The notes under the pieces are model-generated. The model searched no databases and was not told the DNA's origin. It saw only the letters and a program-made list of their open reading frames with translations. A DNA stretch of 64,000 nucleotides from Bugula neritina (taxonomy: Eukaryota > Animalia > Bryozoa). Below, one piece after another: positions 56,021 through 64,000 of this stretch. Location of the stretch: positions 16,522,633 through 16,586,632 of the forward strand of contig OZ037769.1 in the NCBI GenBank assembly GCA_964035545.1, read 5' to 3'. Position 1 is the stretch's first letter. Each line of letters begins with the position of its first letter. Position numbers and translations under genes: made by a program.

Positions 56021-56946
56021 CCACAGTATCCACAGTATCGGCTTACTGACTAGAATACTACGCTTTTTCCAACAGAATCTGTATATATTATTTTTCATTA
56101 CAAATTTCTATATAGTAACTTGATTATTATCTATATAAATACAAGCCTTGTATTCTGTATCAGCTAGTTGTTAGCTCACATCATGCCGAAAGTTACGTAA
56201 TATATTGTCATTTGCTAATTATTGGGTATTTCATTTGCGCATTTTTGAACGTAGTTCTTTTTTGTAGAATTGTTGGATAGTTTGATGAGATTTATAAATA
56301 AAACAAGTTTGATAAATTCACTATTGTTGATTCACAAGTTCATAATTATTGATAAGCAGTCATTTTCCCCATTATGTAAAGAGCACAACTCTCAATTAAG
56401 TCAATTTACAGTATTCTAAAGTACGGTATAGGTGTAGCCTGTAGAATGATTATAACTAATATGGTTGGTATATAAGAGAGTGAGCACATTACTAGTACAT
56501 AGACAAAGAATTGATATTTTATGTTGGGTAAAATATTACAAGTATTGGCAATTTTGCAATTGCAGTCCAATGAAAAAAAGGTCATTTAGAAACTATTTTT
56601 GAGTTGTCTTTTCAATAAATGAAACAAGTCAGGACATGTATGTAGAGTTTATTAGTACGAACGCAGGTATAAACTAACATTAAAACTCTTCAAAGAATAA
56701 CTTCCTGCTGTATAACCAACTTGAATAAACAAAATAATCAGCTTCCGGTGCCAGTAATAAGCAAGGGCACGTGTGATTTTAAGAGGTTATCATAATTATA
56801 AATTATAATATTAATATTTCAAGTCAATCACTCAATGACAACAGTTAATAGGGTTCACGCATAAACATCTATTTTAATCTCCAATCTTTGGATCTAAGTT
56901 TTTGTATATATCAACATCCTAACCCAGCTCTTATTTCGAAATCAAA

Positions 56947-59900
56947 ATGACAAATGATCATGATGAAATGGAAATTCAAGAACAACCTAATGAAATTGAA
57001 GACAAACACATACTTGTTCAATTCAAAAATGAAAATGGAGACACTTTGGGAAGCTCGTTCGACATGCCTATTAATTTATCAAAGGAAAAATTGCAGCTTT
57101 TATGCGATGCCCTGCTACAAAAAGTGAGTAACGGACACAAACTCAAAGTGAAAGTCAAACTCAATGTCATGAGTTAAGCTGATGCTGTTTGTTAAACTTA
57201 AGGGAAATCATTGACAAGTTAAGGTTCAATTTGTATTTATTTATTTTTTACTTTTAAATGTCAAATGAGTAAATATAGTTTGTATTTATGAGTATAGTTA
57301 TAGTGTTGATACTGATGGTGATAGTAGCCTAATTCCAATAATATAACTCACGAGTTATAAGACCAATTTAAAATATATTCATAATATTGTTGATATTTTG
57401 CCATATATGCAAATTTTCAATTGTTGATACCAATTCAATATTGAAAGGCCTCTGCAATGATACCACCATTTTGATTCTTCATTAGAGCTTTTCATCAACT
57501 ATTTTTTCAGGATGAGAAAACACCATACAAATTCTTTGTTGACAACTGCGAAGTAACCTCTACACTTGCAGACTCTCTAGACAAAGAGAAACTTGATGCT
57601 AGTGAGAAAGTCTTAGACATAATCTATCAGCCTCAGGCAGTATTCAAAGTGCGGGCAGTCACCAGATGTACCAGTACCATTGAAGGCCATGCTGAGGCTG
57701 TGATTTCAGTAGCATTTAGTCCTGATGGCAGGTGGGTGTGTGCTCACTGACCAGTTCATAGCGATTTGTGTTCTGCTAAACTTTCTATGGCAGTAAGAAA
57801 ATTCAATTTAATAATTTTTTTTCAGTCACACGAAACGGTGTGTCTGACTGGTTGTAAGTTGGAGAATTTCTTTTTGTAAAATTAAGAATGTTTTAATGTG
57901 TATTTTTCTTCCGGTGAACTTTATTGTAAAATGTGTTGTTGAGTTACTAAGGGGTAAACTCATTCACCGTTTTTCTACATGATCGAAGCTGCTTTAACGT
58001 CAATCATGGAATTGATTAGCTGAAATTGATTTTGCAATGATTGTTCTGTTATTTTCTCCTACTATGTTTAAATTATGTTACCATAGCTACTTTATAGTTT
58101 CTATAGTTACTCTGTTGCTATATATACTTTATTGCTATAGTTACTTCATTGCTGTGGTTACTCTGTTGCTATGGTTACTTTGTTATAGATACTTAGCCAG
58201 TGGTTCTGGCGACACAACTGTTCGATTCTGGGACCTGCAGACTGAAACCCCACATCATACGTGTAAAGGTACTTTTCTATTTCCGTTCTATATTCTGATG
58301 GGTTATATGTTATATCAGATACAAGAAATAATGTTGAATGTATTGTAATACTCAGGGTTATGACACTGTTTACTAAGACTAACCTTGTCTCTAGGTCACA
58401 GTCACTGGATTCTCTGTATAGCCTGGTCTCCCAATGGTCTAAGGCTAGCTTCTGCTTGTAAGAAGGGGCAGGTAGGCTTTTCTCACTACAACTGACAAGT
58501 AATTTAAGCTGAGGTTAATGATCTAAAGGGGAAAATTCTTCAGATGAACTTGTATTGTTATCATTAGAGAGAGTCACTGGTGTGATTGCAACTCATTTTT
58601 GGTTAGTTTTTAAGTTGCAATAAGTTATTGATACCCTGAGACACCCCCATAGTATGATTATATTTTGCAGATCTGCATTTGGGATCCTAATACAGGTAAA
58701 CAGGTTGGCAGGGCCTTGCAGGGCCACAAACAGTGGATAACCTCGTTGTCATGGAAACCGCTGCATCTGTAAGTATGTTTGACTGTAAGTTGAAGAATCC
58801 AGACACTTTGCTAATGTTGCTGACACCTGTCAGTGTTTGTTGACACCTGTCAGTGTTTGCTGACACCAGTCAGTTTGTTGACACCTGTCAGTGTTTGTTG
58901 ACACCTATCAGTGTTTGTTGACACTTCTCTCTGTGTTGTTTCAGGGATGGAGAATGTAGACTCCTTGCCAGTGCGTCTAAGGTGAGTGTTGCTAATTTCT
59001 CAGTCTGGGGTGGATGGAGACAGCCGCACCTCATATCTAGTTGTTATATTCATACATTTGACTAATTGTGCCTTTTTAAATTATAAATAAGTATAGACTG
59101 TTGAAATACATGACTTGCTTTTCTTTTTATTTCTTACATCAACTCATCAATCCGATAAAGGGAGGTTAGTATCGGAGAACTCAGGCTAGTATTCTCCTGT
59201 ATTCTCCTGAAACTTAAACTAGCTGCAAGTGCAGACAACTACCACTGTGTTCATGAACCTTAACGTCTGCTGTAGATATATGAGCATTAGGTAAGTTGCT
59301 AACGGAGTAACATGTGTACGTTTTACTGTATGACTCACCTGTGTGCTGATTGTTAGGACGGCTCGGTGAGGATCTGGGACACCACGCTGTCGCAGTGCAA
59401 GCTGGTGCTAACGAGTCACTCGCAGTCCGTTACCTGCCTCAGGTGGGGCGGGTCTAATCTCCTCTACACCGGCTCTCAGGACAGGACCGTGAAGGTGTGG
59501 CGCGCAGACGACGTGAGTTGCTTTACCTACTTCCTGTTTGGTGTGCGCTAGGTGTAATCTGCATACATTGTGATATACATACAGGGTGTAGTCTGCATAC
59601 ATCTAGACTCGTGATATAAATACAGGGTGTTCTATGCCGAACTTTGCAAGGCCACGCACATTGGGTTAACACCCTAGCTCTGAATACAGACTACGTTATG
59701 AGAACTGGAGCTTTCAACCCTGCTAAAGCAACTATCGTACCTCTTGAAGACAAGAGCTTCAGTATGTTAAATCTCCTTTCTGTATACATCAAAGTAGTTC
59801 CGTCAGCCAGAAGAGTAAATTAAACTGAAGGATTCTTTGTTTCACTTTTAGTGGCTGAGAAGCAGCAGCAGGCATTGGACAGATACAACAAAGTCAAGGT

Positions 59901-61521
59901 GAAATTATCTCGCTGACCTAGTAACTACGCTCTCTCCTGCTGTCTCTCTCACAGTCGTATTCTGAGTTTCACTCTCGCACCCGCATTATAACTCTCTTTC
60001 TCACTCACTCACAGTAACACTCAATCAAACAGTTGTACTCTCAGTGATATCTTCAGTATTTCTTTATCACTCAAAGTCACACTAACTCACAGTCACACTA
60101 ACTCTCACTAACACACAGTCACACTAACTCACAGTCACACTAACTCACAGTTACACTAACTTACAGTGGTATATACTGTATTCAGGGAAGTACTCCAGAG
60201 GTGCTAGTATCAGGGTCAGACGACTTCACGCTGATCATGTGGCACCCCGAGACGGAGAAGAAGCAGATGGCCAGAATGACAGGACACATGCAGCTCATCA
60301 ACTCAGTAGTTTTCTCCCCTGACACCAGATTCATTGCCAGTGCTTCCTTCGACAAGTCAGTCAAACTCTGGGACGGACGAACCGGAAAGTAGGTTTATTG
60401 TTGTTGAGCAATCCCTTTCTTTATTGCTTAGAGGTAGCTACTAGTCAGGTTATCAAATTCACAGTTACTGCTATGACACTGCTATGACACTGCTATGACA
60501 CCGCTATGACACTGCTATGACACTGCTATGACACAGCTATGACACCGCTATGACACTGCTATGACACAACTATGACACCGCTATGACACTGCTATGACAC
60601 CGCTATGACACCGCTATGACACAGCTATGACACTGCTATGACACTGCTATGACACTGCTATGACACTGCTATGACACTGCTATGACACAGCTATGACACC
60701 GCTATGACACTGCTATGACACAACTATGACACCGCTATGACACCGCTATGACACCGCTATGACACAGCTATGACACTGCTATGACACTGCTATGACACTG
60801 CTATGACACTGCTATGACGCTGCTATGACACAGCTATGACACCGCTATGACACCGCTATGACACTGCTATGACGCTGTTATGACACTGCTATGACACCGC
60901 CATGATACTGCTATGACACTGCTATGACACAGCTATAACACTGCTATGGCATTGCTATGATACCGCTATGACACTGCTATGACTCTGTTCTGCAGGTACT
61001 TGGCGTCACTCAGAGGCCATGTTAGTCCTGTCTACCAAATAGCCTGGTCAGCTGACAGCAGGTTGCTGTGTAGTGGCAGCAGTGACTCTACTCTCAAAGT
61101 CTGGAACATGGAGACAAGGAGGATTCACAATGACCTCCCCGGTCACGCCGATGAGGTGGGTGTGCTTTCATGTTTAGATGTCATTTTCCATTTACTTATC
61201 ACAGGTGCCCTGTATGGCTAGAGATGAGGCATACAGTATATATGTAAGCTAGCTGCTGATTGGTGGAATACTCTAGAATAAACTAGTACAGCTCAGCAGT
61301 GAATAGTGTGAACTAATATTTCAGGTTTATGCTGTGGACTGGAGTCCAGATGGCCAGAAGGTGGCCAGTGGAGGGAAAGATAAAGTTCTTAAGATGTAAG
61401 TTTCACTTCAGTCTATGTTAGTGACATGTTCCTCTGTACTTGAAGTTGTCTTATCATACTGTAACTCTTTGAGTTGTCCTCCCCACGTCATGACTGAATA
61501 TATTACAGATGGAGGCAGTGA
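56947..61521 (+). CDS. NLE1: Notchless homolog 1 (Rsa4), copy B; canonical
   Basis: Same exon structure as copy A; retains EAVISVAFSP, QSVTCLRWGG..SQDRT, LCRTLQGH.HWVN, RMTGH, VYQIAWSADSRLL; stop TGA at 61519-61521. Confidence 0.94.
60468..60983. repeat. 11-bp minisatellite (GCTATGACACT)n in an NLE1 copy B intron; shorter paralogous array at 53498-53690
   Basis: Direct reading. Confidence 0.93.
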
Positions 61522-62371
61522 GCTGTAGGAGAGATCAGAGTGTATTGGAGAAATTAGGCTATTAGCTGGAAGGGGTGGAGACTGCAGGCCCCGCCCATTC
61601 AACCTTTCAAACAGAAGTGTAGACTTTTGACAACTTTTAACACTTATACTACTTTCTGTTTTAAGCCATTCGCTAGCTCTCTGGTGTTTGAGGTACCTTC
61701 AGCTGATCATTTGACACCTCAGAGTCATAGATTTTATGTATCATGATAGTTTATTTATTCTAATACGCCCTCTAGTGGAGTATTATTCTACTCAGCATGT
61801 TGCTTATAAGTGTAACGGAATACATCAAATAACTTTCTTTGTTGACAAACAGGTTTCCTAATGTTTATATAAAGATGCTTCTTATTGGCAATATTATAAT
61901 GTAATACTTGATCTTGTATATAATAAACTAAATGGTGTTTCAAACTTCTGAATGTTTCTCTATCTTCCACCTTCACTGAGCTGCATGTTCCTCTCTCTAC
62001 ACAGTGTTGTTTGCTTGTCACCATTGCTACTCGGTAACCACACCCACAATAACAGTGGGTGTGGTTTAACAATAGTTGCCATATTTTAATCAAATTGGGA
62101 ACCTCCATAGTGCGGCCATGTGTAGTATTTATTATAAGTACTGGTGACTATTAATGAATAATAAAATACTTAATGTTTATTGAATTTTGAAAATTATTTC
62201 CACTGTAATATTTTACCTTTGGAGTATTTAAGCTCGAAGTAGAAAAAACTCTTAGAAATAAAATAAGTTATAAATTGTAATGAAAGATACAAAACATTGG
62301 TTGTAGTATTATGAAAGAAGATGCTAGGATTGAGTTTATAAATTGTTGCTGGAAGTTGCCTTCTCATGCAT

Positions 62372-63842
62372 CTAATCAGTGAATTTGGTTTCCTTTTCTT
62401 CAAGCTTTGTGAGATCAGCTTTCGAGTTTGTCGTGCTTTCACCATACTTGTCTCTGTCGTGACTGCAAAGTAATGTTTTAGCCGTCACGTCACATCATCT
62501 CACATGCATGCATATTACACGCACATCACATATTTGCATCATGTCCCATAATTCTGTCACAAGTTAAATGTATATACCTCTCATACAGGTGTATATCCAA
62601 CACATGTCACACGCATGCATCACATGTCCACTCATTGTATGCCTAGTATAATTGTAAACTAATATTATATAGAGTTGTGTTCTCTTACTTGGGAAATTTA
62701 TTTGCCTCCTCGATATTCTCTGGCAATGATAGCCCAGAAGTTTCTGGTAAGAGGATAGACAGGAGACCTCCCACTATGACAGTAGCACCAAATATGGAGG
62801 CTGGCAGCACTCTCTTGTACCTCTCCGGGACATACAGACCCTGGCAGCATGTTTATAACAATATATACTCTTTGGCTACTAGTATAACGTACAGTATATA
62901 CTCTTTGGTTACTAGTATAATGTACAGTATATACTCTTTGGTTACTAGTATAATGTACAGTATATACTCTTTGACTATTAGTATAATATATCTACAAAAG
63001 TACATCAGACGTCAGCCTATATTACAATGCAGCACTACCTGCCGTAATATAACCCAAATTAGTATTTCTATCATTGAAAAATTCAGTTCTTTGTGATGAA
63101 GTTTTCTTTTAGAAGAAATAACAATACTGAACACTCCCGTCACTTACTAAGTCAGCTATGAAGGGTGCGGCTATCGACCCCACCCGGGCGAATGTTGAGC
63201 TCATACCCATAAGGCTATTACGTAGCGATGTGGGGTAAAGCTCCGCGGACCAGAGGTAGATGATACAGAAACCCATCGTCAATCCGAATTTTCCCACCAT
63301 GTTGAGCACCACAAAGTATGTTGTGAGAGTTGTCTCGCTTACACCTGCAAGTAGGAAAACATTTCCTGTGTGTGATTGTGACGTCTCAACACTAAAACTT
63401 GCAACTTCAGATTGTAATATTAAAGCTTGTGTGTGTGAATGTCAGGGAATACTAGTATTGTTGGCAGAAAATAACAATTGCACTTTATAAAATATTTAGT
63501 AAATTCGGATGAAAATGGCTTTTAACAAAATTTAGAAAGTATAATAGTTCGATAAAAATTTTTGATTAAAGTTTCTTATTGATAATTTTGCTATAAATAG
63601 CGCAAGGATATCTTCGACCACCTTTGACGTAGAGGTCAACAAAGACAGTGCCGAGACAGGCAAGACCTCCGACCATCATCCCGAACACGTGCATCCACTT
63701 CCTGCCGAGTTTGTTGCAGAGAGCGCACATGGCGTAGGCGGGGAACTCCACCAAACCTCCCAGCATGAAGTTTATGTAGATATCTCCCCCCAAGGAGCCG
63801 CTGTTTAGAGAGAGTCCATAGTAACCCATGGAGACTACACAC
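62372..63842 (-). CDS. SLC22-family organic cation transporter, 3' part (exons 63842-63622, 63344-63148, 62840-62689, 62462-62372); continues beyond the window
   Basis: VSMGYYGLSLN..LGGDIYINF..GLVEFPAY, GKFG..F.IIYLWSAELYPTSLRN..G.SSTFARVGSI.APF and LLPETSGLSLPENIEE are SLC22 signatures. Confidence 0.92.
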
Positions 63843-64000
63843 CTGCATGCAACAATACGGGTTGTTAGTGAAATAGCCTGTAATACTGTCTTATTATTCA
63901 ATGGAATAGTTTGTGTATTACTACTTAAGTTTTCTCATGTCATACGGCACAATTCTGACTTAAAGTTATTTAATAGCAATTTATTCCTTATACGTTATGT

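Overview
Gene-dense, AT-rich, intron-containing animal genomic DNA. It is probably from an invertebrate; a lophotrochozoan origin is only an inference from gene content. By reading GT-AG junctions by hand I reconstruct these spliced genes in order: an MFSD4/NaGLT1-like MFS transporter (-) with a ~530-aa mucin-like loop; a RING/B-box/coiled-coil/beta-propeller TRIM-NHL-like gene (+); a 4-exon FABP (+); a vanin/biotinidase-family amidohydrolase (+); a 100-aa orphan secreted prepropeptide ending KR-RPVEWI-G-stop, a candidate neuropeptide precursor only partly shown in the ORF track (+); SAPCD2 (-); EDC4/Ge-1 (+) with an intronic tRNA-Thr(UGU); two tandem NLE1 copies in a ~7.2-kb tandem duplication that also copies the last two EDC4 exons (frameshifted in the copy); and the 3' part of an SLC22 transporter (-). 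Mobile DNA comprises a PIF/Harbinger-type MITE, two related hAT elements (one with a transposase remnant) and a foldback hairpin. Many introns contain minisatellites, several built from splice signals; one is a 3.4-kb array of roughly 160 copies of an EDC4 exon-end/5' splice site. Most long ORFs in the track are repeat artefacts. The best leads are the orphan amidated-peptide precursor, the splice-site arrays whose decoy sites lead straight into stop codons, the asymmetrically diverging NLE1 paralogue and the mucin-loop transporter. No searches were run; family assignments rest on motif recognition.
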